Positions 47,931 through 56,997 of a stretch of DNA of 64,000 bases are shown here, piece by piece. The notes under the pieces were generated by a model that saw only the letters and a program-made list of their open reading frames with translations, did not search any database and was not told the DNA's origin. The stretch's first letter is position 1. Each line of letters opens with the position of its first letter. The translations under genes were made by a program, and so were the position numbers. This DNA comes from Chthonomonadales bacterium (GTDB lineage: Bacteria; Armatimonadota; Chthonomonadetes; Chthonomonadales; CAJBBX01): assembly GCA_049967475.1 (NCBI GenBank), contig JBMFSQ010000013.1:1-64000 (forward strand), read 5' to 3'.

Positions 47931-48014
47931 GGCATCATCCTCCACGGGGAACCGGTGAGGTATCATATTGCGTACGCAGCCCGCGTGAGGCTCCACTCCG
48001 CCACCAGGTTCGCC

Positions 48015-49298
48015 ATGGCACAGATTTTCCCCTTTACAGCGGTAACCTATCATGCCCAGGCGGGCGACCCGGGCACATTGATCTGCCCCCCCTACGACGT
48101 GATCTCCCCGGAGCAACAGGATGCCCTCTACGCCGCGTCGCCCTGGAACTACGTCCGCATCGTCCTCAATGCCGCGCCCGGCAGCGAACGCTACTCCCAG
48201 GCAGCCGCGGCCCTCACTAAGTGGCTCGATGCAGGCATCCTCGTGGAGGAAAAACGCCCGGCCCTGTACCTCTATAGGCAATCGTTTGTTCACCCGATAA
48301 CCGGCCGTCGGGTACAACGCCGGGGCTTCTTTTGCGCCCTGCGCTTGGAGCCCTATTCCGCCGGCATCGTGCTTCCCCACGAAGACACCCGTTCTCAAGC
48401 GAAAGAAGATCGCCTCCGCCTGATGCAGGCCACCCAGGCCAACCCGGAACCCATCTTCGTCCTCTACGAAGATCCTTCCGGCAGCATCGCGTCCATCCTG
48501 GACGGAGCCGCGGCATCGCCGCCCATGATCCGCGCCGACATACCCGGCGACGATGCAGACGCCGGCAGCCATGAGGTGATCCGCATGGACGACGCGGCAG
48601 CAGAAGCCATCGCGCGCACCCTCCGCGACCGCCCCGTTTGGATCGCCGACGGCCACCACCGCTATGAAACGGCCCTCGCCTACCGGCAGGAGCGCCGAAC
48701 GGCCGAGGGGAACCCGCCGGCGTTCCGCCCGTACGATGCCGTCCTTGCAGTGCTCACTTCCTTCGATGATCCCGGGCTCGTGGTTCTGCCTACACACCGC
48801 CTGGTACGCAACAGAGATGCAGCCGTTCTGGATGCGCTTCCAACCACGCTCGCCCCCACATTCCGAACGGAAGCCGTGCCCGTCGAGGAGCTTGCCTCGC
48901 GCCTCAATGCCACCCGCCATGGTTTCGGCCTGGTAACCCGCAACGGATGCTGGCTGCTCCACCTCAAAGATCCCGCTGTCATGGATGCGCGCCTGCCGAA
49001 CCGATCCGTTTATTGGCGGCATCTCGATGTGGTGGTGCTTCAGGAACTTGTGTTCGCAGAGGTCCTCTCTATTCCGTCGGAAGCGCTGGCATCTACGCCC
49101 GACCTAGGCTATACGCGGAACCTGGCCGAAGCGGTGTCCCTGGTAAAGCAGGGATCCTATCAGGCGGCCTTTCTCCTCCCGCCTCCCCATGCAGACGACG
49201 TGCGCATGGTGGCCGCCGCGGGAGAACGGATGCCGCCCAAATCCACTTACTTTCATCCGAAACTCTGGAGCGGCTTGGTGTTGCGCCTGTTGAAGTAA
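48015..49298 (+). CDS. DUF1015 domain protein
   Basis: PPYDVIS, LPHEDT, IADGHHRYETA, LPTHRL, RMPPKSTYFHPK. Confidence 0.93.
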   Translation: MAQIFPFTAVTYHAQAGDPGTLICPPYDVISPEQQDALYAASPWNYVRIVLNAAPGSERYSQAAAALTKWLDAGILVEEKRPALYLYRQSFVHPITGRRVQRRGFFCALRLEPYSAGIVLPHEDTRSQAKEDRLRLMQATQANPEPIFVLYEDPSGSIASILDGAAASPPMIRADIPGDDADAGSHEVIRMDDAAAEAIARTLRDRPVWIADGHHRYETALAYRQERRTAEGNPPAFRPYDAVLAVLTSFDDPGLVVLPTHRLVRNRDAAVLDALPTTLAPTFRTEAVPVEELASRLNATRHGFGLVTRNGCWLLHLKDPAVMDARLPNRSVYWRHLDVVVLQELVFAEVLSIPSEALASTPDLGYTRNLAEAVSLVKQGSYQAAFLLPPPHADDVRMVAAAGERMPPKSTYFHPKLWSGLVLRLLK

Positions 49299-49324
49299 AC
49301 TGCTGCCCGATAACGAGGAAGAGC

Positions 49325-49537
49325 GTGCGGAACCGTCCACCGAAGGACGATGAGACCCCTTCGGCCTGCCAGCACTGCGGGGCGCTGGTATATCCGGACA
49401 CGCGCCGCTGCCCCCAGTGCGGTCGCTTTCCCGTGAAGCTCCACCTGTGCCCTCGATGCCACACCGTCGCCGGCGCCCATGAAGAACGATGTCCCAAATG
49501 CGGCCGCTTGTTCCAGCCGGACGGCGATTACCTATAG
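49325..49537 (+). CDS. Small double zinc-ribbon protein
   Basis: Four CxxC motifs (CQHC, CPQC, CPRC, CPKC); GTG start with GAGGAAG RBS. Confidence 0.75.
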   Translation: MRNRPPKDDETPSACQHCGALVYPDTRRCPQCGRFPVKLHLCPRCHTVAGAHEERCPKCGRLFQPDGDYL

Positions 49538-49677
49538 ATCCTGCTATATCCCTATGTTTCGGGCACAAAACCGTTGAGGAAGAGGTAGAATCAACGGTGG
49601 AAACCCAAACTTCGTTGGACGGGACTCGAGCCGCGCCCATCGCGCGGTGCCGTCGCCCAATCTGAGGATCTGTCTCT

Positions 49678-49878
49678 ATGCCGCTCTATGAGTATAAATG
49701 CGACACGTGCGGAGCCCGCTTCACCAAGCTCCAGCCCATGAGCGCCCCCCGCGAGGGCTATGAATGCCCATCCTGCGGGAAGACCACTACGCGGCGGGTG
49801 ATGTCCAGCTTTGCAACCTCCGGTACGGAGAGCACAGGCGCATCCGCGTGCGGGCCCGCCGGCGGGCGCTTCCGGTGA
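49678..49878 (+). CDS. FmdB-family zinc-ribbon regulatory protein
   Basis: MPLYEYKCDTCG...F...CPSCG...RVMSSF. Confidence 0.92.
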   Translation: MPLYEYKCDTCGARFTKLQPMSAPREGYECPSCGKTTTRRVMSSFATSGTESTGASACGPAGGRFR

Positions 49879-49924
49879 GCATCCTGACGCACGCCGGCCG
49901 TGAGCCGGCTTTGCATCGCAATGA

Positions 49925-49966
49925 AGAGGGGCCCCGTATACCGATCCTGTGGTACGGAGCCCCTCT
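49925..49966. terminator. Inverted repeat between convergent genes (putative terminator/stability hairpin)
   Basis: AGAGGGGCCCCGTA...TACGGAGCCCCTCT stem; no strong U-tract. Confidence 0.4.
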
Positions 49967-49993
49967 CGTTCTCCGGATCACCCCGGATCGCCG

Positions 49994-52303
49994 CTAAACC
50001 CCTGGCTGGGCCTCCTTCATGCGGATTAGGTTCAACGCCGAACCCGCCCGGAACCACTCGATCTGCTCCGCGCTCATGCTGTGGCGCACCAGCAACACTT
50101 CGCTTGACCCATCGCCGTGTTCCACCCGGATGGAGAGCGGCTCGCCCGGCGCCAAAGCCTCCGGATGCTCGATGGACACGCGATCTCCTTCCAAAATCCG
50201 CTCGTAATCGCCGGCATCGGCGAAGGTGAGCGGCAGGATGCCCTGCTTCTTCAGGTTGGACTCGTGGATGCGTGCGAAGGAGCGCGCGATTACCGCCGCA
50301 CAGCCCAGATACCTCGGGCTCATGGCTGCGTGCTCCCTGCTGGATCCTTCACCGTAGTTGTCGTCGCCCACTATCACCCACCGAACGCCTCGTTCCTTGT
50401 AGTCCCGGGCGACCTTGGGCACATCCAGCGAACGCTCGCCCGTAAAAACGTTCAGCGTCTTTCCCGTTTCCCCAGTCCACGCATTCACCGCACCAGTCAG
50501 CATATTGTCCGATATGCGGTCCAGATGGCCGCGATACCGAAGCCATGGGCCGGCCGGCGAAATGTGATCCGTAGTCGTCTTGCCCTTGGTCTTCATGAGC
50601 ACCGGCATATGGAGCAATTCCTGGGGCTGAATGGGGGTGAAGGGCTGCAGCAATTGAAGGCGCTCGCTGTCCGGCCGAACGATCAACTCTACGGACGAGG
50701 GGTCCTCAGCCGGCGGCACATAACCGGTACGGCGTCCGGCATAGCCCCGGCTCGGCAAAGCATCCACCTTGGGAGGCGGCGCGAGGCGATACGCCGCTCC
50801 ATCCGGCGTGCGCAGCTCGTCCGTCAGCGGATTGATGGAAAGCCGGCCGGCCAAACTGTATGCCACCACCACTTCGGGGCTCGCTACGAAGGCGAGTGTG
50901 GCGGGGTTCGCATCGTTGCGCCCTGGGAAGTTGCGGTTGAACGAATTGATGATGGTGTTGCGCTGGCCCTTCTTGATCTCGTCGCGCTTCCATTGGCCGA
51001 TGCAGGGGCCGCAGGCGTTGGCCATCACTTTGGCTCCGATGGCCTCGAGCACTTCGAGCTGCCCGTCGCGCTTGATCGTTTCGTAAACCATGGCAGAGCC
51101 GGGAGTGATGATGAGCGGGGCCACGGCTTTTGCTCCCGCTTTGCGCGCCTGTTCTGCAACGGAAGCCGCGCGCGAAATGTCCTCATAGCTCGAGTTGGTG
51201 CAGCTTCCCACCAGGGTTACAGCAACCTCGTCGGGATAGTCGTTCCGCCGGGCATCATCCGCAAGTCGAGACACTGGGCGGGCCGCATCGGGGCTGAAAG
51301 GTCCGTTGATGTAGGGCTCCAAATCCGAGAGGTTCAGCTCCAAAATCTCGTCGAAGAAATCCTCGGGATGCTCCTCTACTTCCGCATCGGGAGTAACCAG
51401 ATGCCGGTACCTGAGGGCCAGGTCCGCTATGTCGCCCCGGTCCGTAGCCCTTAGGTAGGCGTCGGCATTCTCGTCGAAGGGAAAGATGGAGGTCGTAGCG
51501 CCGATCTCGGCTCCCATATTCGTGATGGTCGCCTTGCCCGTAGTCGAGAGTGTACGCGCGCCGGGGCCGAAATACTCAACAATGCGATTGGTGCCGCCCT
51601 TCACCGTGAGCTTGCCGGCTACCCACAGGATCACATCCTTCGGCGCAGCCCACCCGGAAAGCTCGCCGGTAAGGCGCACGCCCACCAGTTTCGGCTGGAG
51701 AACCTCCCAGGCGAAGCCGGCCATGGCATCAACCGTGTCCGCGCCTCCCACCCCGATGGCCACCATGGCCAGCCCGCCGCAGTTGGGAGTGTGGGAGTCC
51801 GACCCGATCATGAGGCCGCCGGGAAAGGCGTAATTCTCCAGCACTACCTGGTGGATGATGCCCGAACCCGGACCCCAAAATCCGATGCCGTAGCGCGCCG
51901 CCGCAGATTTGAGGAAGTTGTAGACTTCCTCGTTGGTCACAAGGGCACGCTGCAGATCGGGCCCGGCACCTTCGTAGGCTTGGATCAGGTGATCGCAATG
52001 CACCGACGTGGGTACCGCTACCCTGTCCCGCCCAGCCTGCATGAACTGCAAGATGGCCATCTGGGCGGTGGCATCTTGCATGATCACACGATCTACTTTG
52101 AGCCTGAGAAAGCTCTTGCCCGCTTCCAGCTCCTGGTTGGGATCCTCCAGATGCCCGAACAGGATCTTCTCGGCCAGCGTGAGCGGACGGTTCAGTCGCC
52201 GCCGAACCACGGCCAAACGCTCCTCCGTGCGCTTATAAACTGCTTCAACCATCGCCGGCGTAGTCTCTACAAAGCCGGCGCGGGTATCATCGCCATAGCT
52301 CAT
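49994..52303 (-). CDS. Aconitate hydratase (mitochondrial-like type)
   Basis: QDATAQMA, HCDHLI, GSDSHTPN, GSCTNSSYED, ANACGPCIGQW, TTDHISPAG, NYGEGSSREHAA. Confidence 0.95.
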   Translation of the reverse strand: MSYGDDTRAGFVETTPAMVEAVYKRTEERLAVVRRRLNRPLTLAEKILFGHLEDPNQELEAGKSFLRLKVDRVIMQDATAQMAILQFMQAGRDRVAVPTSVHCDHLIQAYEGAGPDLQRALVTNEEVYNFLKSAAARYGIGFWGPGSGIIHQVVLENYAFPGGLMIGSDSHTPNCGGLAMVAIGVGGADTVDAMAGFAWEVLQPKLVGVRLTGELSGWAAPKDVILWVAGKLTVKGGTNRIVEYFGPGARTLSTTGKATITNMGAEIGATTSIFPFDENADAYLRATDRGDIADLALRYRHLVTPDAEVEEHPEDFFDEILELNLSDLEPYINGPFSPDAARPVSRLADDARRNDYPDEVAVTLVGSCTNSSYEDISRAASVAEQARKAGAKAVAPLIITPGSAMVYETIKRDGQLEVLEAIGAKVMANACGPCIGQWKRDEIKKGQRNTIINSFNRNFPGRNDANPATLAFVASPEVVVAYSLAGRLSINPLTDELRTPDGAAYRLAPPPKVDALPSRGYAGRRTGYVPPAEDPSSVELIVRPDSERLQLLQPFTPIQPQELLHMPVLMKTKGKTTTDHISPAGPWLRYRGHLDRISDNMLTGAVNAWTGETGKTLNVFTGERSLDVPKVARDYKERGVRWVIVGDDNYGEGSSREHAAMSPRYLGCAAVIARSFARIHESNLKKQGILPLTFADAGDYERILEGDRVSIEHPEALAPGEPLSIRVEHGDGSSEVLLVRHSMSAEQIEWFRAGSALNLIRMKEAQPGV

Positions 52304-52424
52304 TGTCCCTTCTCCTGCTTCAGTGCGGGATCACTTCTCCTCTTAGGATACCCGCACTCCCGCGGCATCGGGCACCCAGCGGCGGAAGCAGTCGCGAGCA
52401 CTCCGCCCACCAAAAGGAGGCGCT

Positions 52425-53372
52425 ATGGCAGCCTGCACCATCACTCCCTACCGTGGCGGCGATCTGGAGGCAGTAGTAGATCTGCTGAACACCGCGCTCC
52501 ATGCCGATCCCGTCACACGCGAACTGTTCATTCAGCGCGTATTGCTGGATCGCAACTTCCAACCCGCAGCCGTTCCCGTGGCCCGTATCGAAAGGCGCAT
52601 AGTGGGCGTCCTCGCGTCCGTTGCGCCCAGGTACCCCGTGGAAGACGAAGAACTCAATCGGGATCGGGCCTATGTTACGCTCGTGGGTGTAGACGCCCGG
52701 CACCGGCGCCAGGGTGTGGGGACCCAACTCCTGGAGCATGCCATGGCCTTCCTCCAAAGGCAGGGTTGCCGAACCGTACTCGTGTCTCCCTACCCATCCA
52801 ATTACTGGACGCCGGGTATAGACGAAGCCGCATATCCGGAAGCCATCGCGTTCTTCAAAGCCCGCGGCTTCCGTACCGTGTCTCGGCCTCTTTCTATGGA
52901 TGCAAGCCTCGTGGGAGGATGGTCCGTACCGGAATGGGTCGCCCACCGCTGCCGGGAGCTCCGAGCCCAAGGCATCCGCGTGGAGCCCCTGGACTTTCGC
53001 CTGCTGCCCAATCTGCTGGCCTTCGTTCGCCGCGAGTTTCCAGGGGATTGGCAGCAATTGGTGCGCCAGGCCGCTGCCGCCATCGCCGCCGGGCACCGAC
53101 CACCCTCGGACCTGTTGATCGCCCACGCCCGGTCGCGCATCCTCGGCTTCAGCCACCACACCGGAGAACGCTTCGGCCCATTCGGCGTAGCGCGAACCCA
53201 CCGCGGACAGGGCATCGGCGCCGCACTCCTGTTCCTCACGCTGGAAGCCATGCGCCGGGAAGGCCGCCACAATGCCTGGTTCCTCTGGACCGACGATGCC
53301 ACGGCCGCCCGCATCTACCGCGCCGCGGGCTTTCGCGAAACGCGCAGGTACTCGGTGATGCGCTTCGGGTAA
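52425..53372 (+). CDS. Tandem GNAT acetyltransferase
   Basis: Two motif-A copies (VDARHRRQGVG, VARTHRGQGIG). Confidence 0.88.
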   Translation: MAACTITPYRGGDLEAVVDLLNTALHADPVTRELFIQRVLLDRNFQPAAVPVARIERRIVGVLASVAPRYPVEDEELNRDRAYVTLVGVDARHRRQGVGTQLLEHAMAFLQRQGCRTVLVSPYPSNYWTPGIDEAAYPEAIAFFKARGFRTVSRPLSMDASLVGGWSVPEWVAHRCRELRAQGIRVEPLDFRLLPNLLAFVRREFPGDWQQLVRQAAAAIAAGHRPPSDLLIAHARSRILGFSHHTGERFGPFGVARTHRGQGIGAALLFLTLEAMRREGRHNAWFLWTDDATAARIYRAAGFRETRRYSVMRFG

Positions 53373-53391
53373 ACCCAGCCGCCCTCCGGGG

Positions 53392-54261
53392 CTACCGCGC
53401 GAACTTGTGGAAGCGCAACCAGTTGGCACAAAGCGTGGTCCACGTGCTCAGCACCGCATCGCCCGTTGCCAGTCCCACCCCATGCGGCCCATGCTGGTAG
53501 ATATGCAGCTCAAACGGGACACCCGCTTTGCGCAGCGCTTCTGCAAACATCAAGCTGTTCTCAACGGGCACGCCCTCGTCGTCCGCCGTATGCATCAGGA
53601 AGCACGGGGGAGTGTCCCGGGTGACTTGCTTCTCGTTGGAGAGCAGATCCATCAGCTCTTGCGAGGGATGATCGCCCAGCAGGTTCTGCCTCGACCCGGC
53701 GTGGGCGAAGGGGCCCGTCATGGTGATGACCGGGTAGATCAGCACGGCAAGGTCCGGCCTGCAGCTCACACGCTCTACAGGATCGTGGGAGGTCGGGTCG
53801 CCTGCGTCGAAGTGTGTCGCCGCAGTGGCAGCAAGATGACCCCCGGCCGAGAAGCCCAGGATGCCGATGCGGTGGGGATCTATCGAAAAGTCGGCCGCAC
53901 GGGCGCGCAGCAGCCGGATGGCACGCTGGGCATCATGCAGTTCTGCGGGATGATGGTACCGGGGGCCCAAGCGGTATTTCAGAACCGCCGCCGTGATGCC
54001 CAGCGTATTGAGCCAATGGGCCACGGGTTCCCCTTCGTGGGGCGCCAGCATCCCATAACCCCCGCCAGGGCACACCACAATGGCTCCTCCAGTTCCACCG
54101 GCCGCCGGATATACTGTGAGGGAAGGATGGTCCGCGGGCTCATTCGCCACCGCGCCCGGCGTGCCCTTCGGCCACAACGGCATCTCCCGCTGGGCCGATG
54201 CTCCCAGGGCCGCACAGCACAGCACCGCAGACACGAGGGCGCTGCAAACGTCAAGGTGCAT
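53392..54261 (-). CDS. Secreted alpha/beta hydrolase (esterase)
   Basis: CPGGGY, GFSAGGH, DDEGV, HGVG; signal peptide. Confidence 0.9.
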   Translation of the reverse strand: MHLDVCSALVSAVLCCAALGASAQREMPLWPKGTPGAVANEPADHPSLTVYPAAGGTGGAIVVCPGGGYGMLAPHEGEPVAHWLNTLGITAAVLKYRLGPRYHHPAELHDAQRAIRLLRARAADFSIDPHRIGILGFSAGGHLAATAATHFDAGDPTSHDPVERVSCRPDLAVLIYPVITMTGPFAHAGSRQNLLGDHPSQELMDLLSNEKQVTRDTPPCFLMHTADDEGVPVENSLMFAEALRKAGVPFELHIYQHGPHGVGLATGDAVLSTWTTLCANWLRFHKFAR

Positions 54262-54326
54262 GGGCCATATCTCCCTTCGCGCACGGATGCACAGATCCGC
54301 CATTCAGGTTCAAAATGAGAGGCGCA

Positions 54327-55436
54327 ATGTCCTCCCAACTTGCCGAACGCATCAAGCAACGTGCCAAGGAACTTGGCTTCGACCTATGCGGCATCGCTCC
54401 CGCCGCCCCATCGGCTTTCCGCGAAGAGTTCCTAGCATGGCTCGACCGCGGAGAACACGGCGAAATGGCCTACCTCCAGCGCAACTCCCACCGCAGGCTG
54501 GATCCTCAGCAAGTGCTGCCGGGCGTCAAAAGCATCGTGGTAGTCGGGATGAACTACTATACGCAACCGCAGGAACCGCCACCGGATGCCGGCGGGTCGC
54601 TTCCGGCCCAATTCGCCCGTTACGCCCTCAATGACGATTACCATGACGTGATGGCCGCGCGGCTCCATCAATTGCTGGACACGATCCGCGCAGAGGCGCC
54701 GTGTCCCGTGGAAGGCAAGGTATACGTAGATACCGGCCCCGTCCTTGAGCGCGAAATCGCACAGCGCGCAGGCCTCGGGTGGATCGGCAAGAATACCATG
54801 CTGATCCACCCAAGGCTCGGCTCCTACTTTCTTCTGGGCGAGATCCTCCTCACGCTGCCCCTCCCCACCGATGCGCCCATCCGGGGAAGTTGCGGAACCT
54901 GCAATCGCTGCATCGAGGCGTGCCCTACCGGCGCCCTGGTGAGCCCCTACCATCTCGATGCCCGCCGCTGCATCTCCTACCTCACCATCGAGATGAAGGG
55001 GCCGATGCCGGAGGCTCTTGCCCCTCTCATCGGCAACCGCATCTTCGGCTGCGACATCTGCCAGGAAGTGTGCCCCTTCTGCGTCCGCTTCAGCAGACCC
55101 ACCAAAGAAGCCGCCTTCCAGCCGCGGCCTGTGACGGTCCGAAGCACCCTGAAGGATCTCATGAGCCTCTCGGACGAAGGCTTCCGATCGGCCTTCCGAA
55201 AAAGCCCCGTCAAGCGCGCCAAACGGCGGGGGCTCCTGCGCAATGTGGCGGCAGCCTTAGCCTCCTCGGGAGATCCTCAGGCTGCTGCCGTGCTCCGACA
55301 CGCTGCAGAAACCGACACCGACGCCTTCGTGCGCTCGGAAGCCGAGCGAGCCCTGCAGCGGATGCAAAGTCCCGCTACGCCTTCGGCCCGTGACGCCGGA
55401 TCGGGGGCTCGGCCGGCAGGGGATGATACGGCGTAG
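54327..55436 (+). CDS. queG: Epoxyqueuosine reductase
   Basis: YALNDDYH, VDTGPVLER, GWIGKN, CGTCNRCIEACP, RCISYLTIE, GCDICQEVCP. Confidence 0.95.
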   Translation: MSSQLAERIKQRAKELGFDLCGIAPAAPSAFREEFLAWLDRGEHGEMAYLQRNSHRRLDPQQVLPGVKSIVVVGMNYYTQPQEPPPDAGGSLPAQFARYALNDDYHDVMAARLHQLLDTIRAEAPCPVEGKVYVDTGPVLEREIAQRAGLGWIGKNTMLIHPRLGSYFLLGEILLTLPLPTDAPIRGSCGTCNRCIEACPTGALVSPYHLDARRCISYLTIEMKGPMPEALAPLIGNRIFGCDICQEVCPFCVRFSRPTKEAAFQPRPVTVRSTLKDLMSLSDEGFRSAFRKSPVKRAKRRGLLRNVAAALASSGDPQAAAVLRHAAETDTDAFVRSEAERALQRMQSPATPSARDAGSGARPAGDDTA

Positions 55437-56229
55437 GTACGTATTCCACAGAGGGGCGCTTCTGAGCCGCTTGAGGATAAAGCCGCATCAGGTCGTATAC
55501 TTCCTCGGGCAGCCCCGTATTCACAGGCAGCCCCAACCGGCGGGCTTCCTCCACTGTGATGGGGTAATCATGCGTCCACCGGCCCTCCGAAAGAGCCTTC
55601 GCCAAGTCCCGTGCCTTGGCCTCTCCAAGACGCGCCTGGGCAAGCTGATAGACGGTCTCTTCCACCTGGCGGATTGCCTTGGCTGCCACATCGGCAAGGA
55701 TGAGCGTGCGGTCGTCGCGGTTTGGGTTCTGTATCGCCGCTGCCGCCAGAATGGAGGCGGCCGGGTATTCCCCAAGCTGCGGGTCTACAGGACCCAGCAC
55801 GGCATTCTCGTCCATGAGCACTTCGTCAGCCGCCAGCGCAATGAGCGTTCCGCCCGACATCGCGTAATGCGGCACCATCACAGTTACGCGTCCAGGGTGG
55901 CGCGCTAGGGCGCACGCGATCTGCTCGGAGGCAAGCACCAACCCCCCAGGCGTATGGAGGATCAGGTCTATATTCTCTTCCGGGGGCGTCAGGCGGATCG
56001 CCTGAAGAAGGTGTTCGGAATCCTCAACGTCTATGTAGCGCACGATGGGGAAGCCCAAGAAGCTCATCGTCTCCTGCCGGTGGATCAACGTGATGACGCG
56101 GCTCTTGCGCTTCTTCTCCAGGCGCTGCATCACCTGCATGCGGGCGTAAACGAGCATCCGCTGCTGGAACATGGGCGAAAGAGAAGAGATGATCAGAAAG
56201 ATCCAAAACAGGTCAAACAGGCTGGACAC
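55375..56229 (-). CDS. SDH_sah family ClpP-class serine protease
   Basis: LILHTPGG, YAMSGGTLIALA, LGPVDPQ, WTHDYPIT. Confidence 0.9.
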   Translation of the reverse strand: MSSLFDLFWIFLIISSLSPMFQQRMLVYARMQVMQRLEKKRKSRVITLIHRQETMSFLGFPIVRYIDVEDSEHLLQAIRLTPPEENIDLILHTPGGLVLASEQIACALARHPGRVTVMVPHYAMSGGTLIALAADEVLMDENAVLGPVDPQLGEYPAASILAAAAIQNPNRDDRTLILADVAAKAIRQVEETVYQLAQARLGEAKARDLAKALSEGRWTHDYPITVEEARRLGLPVNTGLPEEVYDLMRLYPQAAQKRPSVEYVPTPYHPLPAEPPIRRHGPKA

Positions 56230-56249
56230 GCAAACACCTCCTCATCTGC

Positions 56250-56951
56250 CTACCCGAAAGGCCACTCTCGATCATACCCGGCGTAGCGCCTGCGCGGTGG
56301 CTGCAACCGGAGAGGCATCGCCGCCGCCATTCCGAACAAAAACCCTCCGATATGCGCCCACCATGCTACACCCCCCATCGCAGGAAGGAACAGGGCCACG
56401 AAACCGTTGAGCCACTGCTCCAGGAACCAGAAGCCGATCCAAAGAACTGCGGGAACGTCAATCAGCAGCGGCAGGAAGAAGATGGGCACGATGCTGATTA
56501 CCATAGCCGTTGGGTAAAGGATCAGATACGCTCCCAGCACCGCCGCAATGGCGCCGCTGGCCCCGATGGAAGGAACCTGGGATGCGGGATCCACCCACAC
56601 TTGCAGAGCCGCCGCTGCGATGCCCCCCAGAAAGTAAAACACCAAAAAACGCGCCGTCCCCATCCGATCCTCTACATTATCTCCAAACACCAGAAGGAAC
56701 CACATGTTCCCGATGATGTGCAACCAACTGCCGTGGAGAAACATGGACGAGATGACGGTGGGCCAGTGGCGCGCCAATCCGCCAGGCGCCGATAGATCCG
56801 CCGGGATCATGCCGTACCGCTCTACAAACGCCGGCAGCTCCTGAGGACCGAGGCGGACTTCGTACAGGAAAATAGCTGCGTTGACGAACACCAGCGCCCA
56901 GACCGCAGCAGGAAGCCGGCGCGCAGGTACCGTGTCATGCAATGGAAGCAT
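56250..56951 (-). CDS. Rhomboid intramembrane serine protease
   Basis: SMFLHGSWLHIIGNM, IGASGA, WWAHIGG. Confidence 0.95.
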   Translation of the reverse strand: MLPLHDTVPARRLPAAVWALVFVNAAIFLYEVRLGPQELPAFVERYGMIPADLSAPGGLARHWPTVISSMFLHGSWLHIIGNMWFLLVFGDNVEDRMGTARFLVFYFLGGIAAAALQVWVDPASQVPSIGASGAIAAVLGAYLILYPTAMVISIVPIFFLPLLIDVPAVLWIGFWFLEQWLNGFVALFLPAMGGVAWWAHIGGFLFGMAAAMPLRLQPPRRRYAGYDREWPFG

Positions 56952-56997
56952 CAGCGCCTCCTTCCGCCTCTGTTCGACGAACGCGGCGCTCCGCCCG

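Noticed and set aside
46677..49298. Apparent 1.8-kb bidirectional overlap of 781-aa and 708-aa ORFs
   Set aside because: Two divergent genes starting at 47930 (-) and 48015 (+); the extensions are mutual antisense shadows
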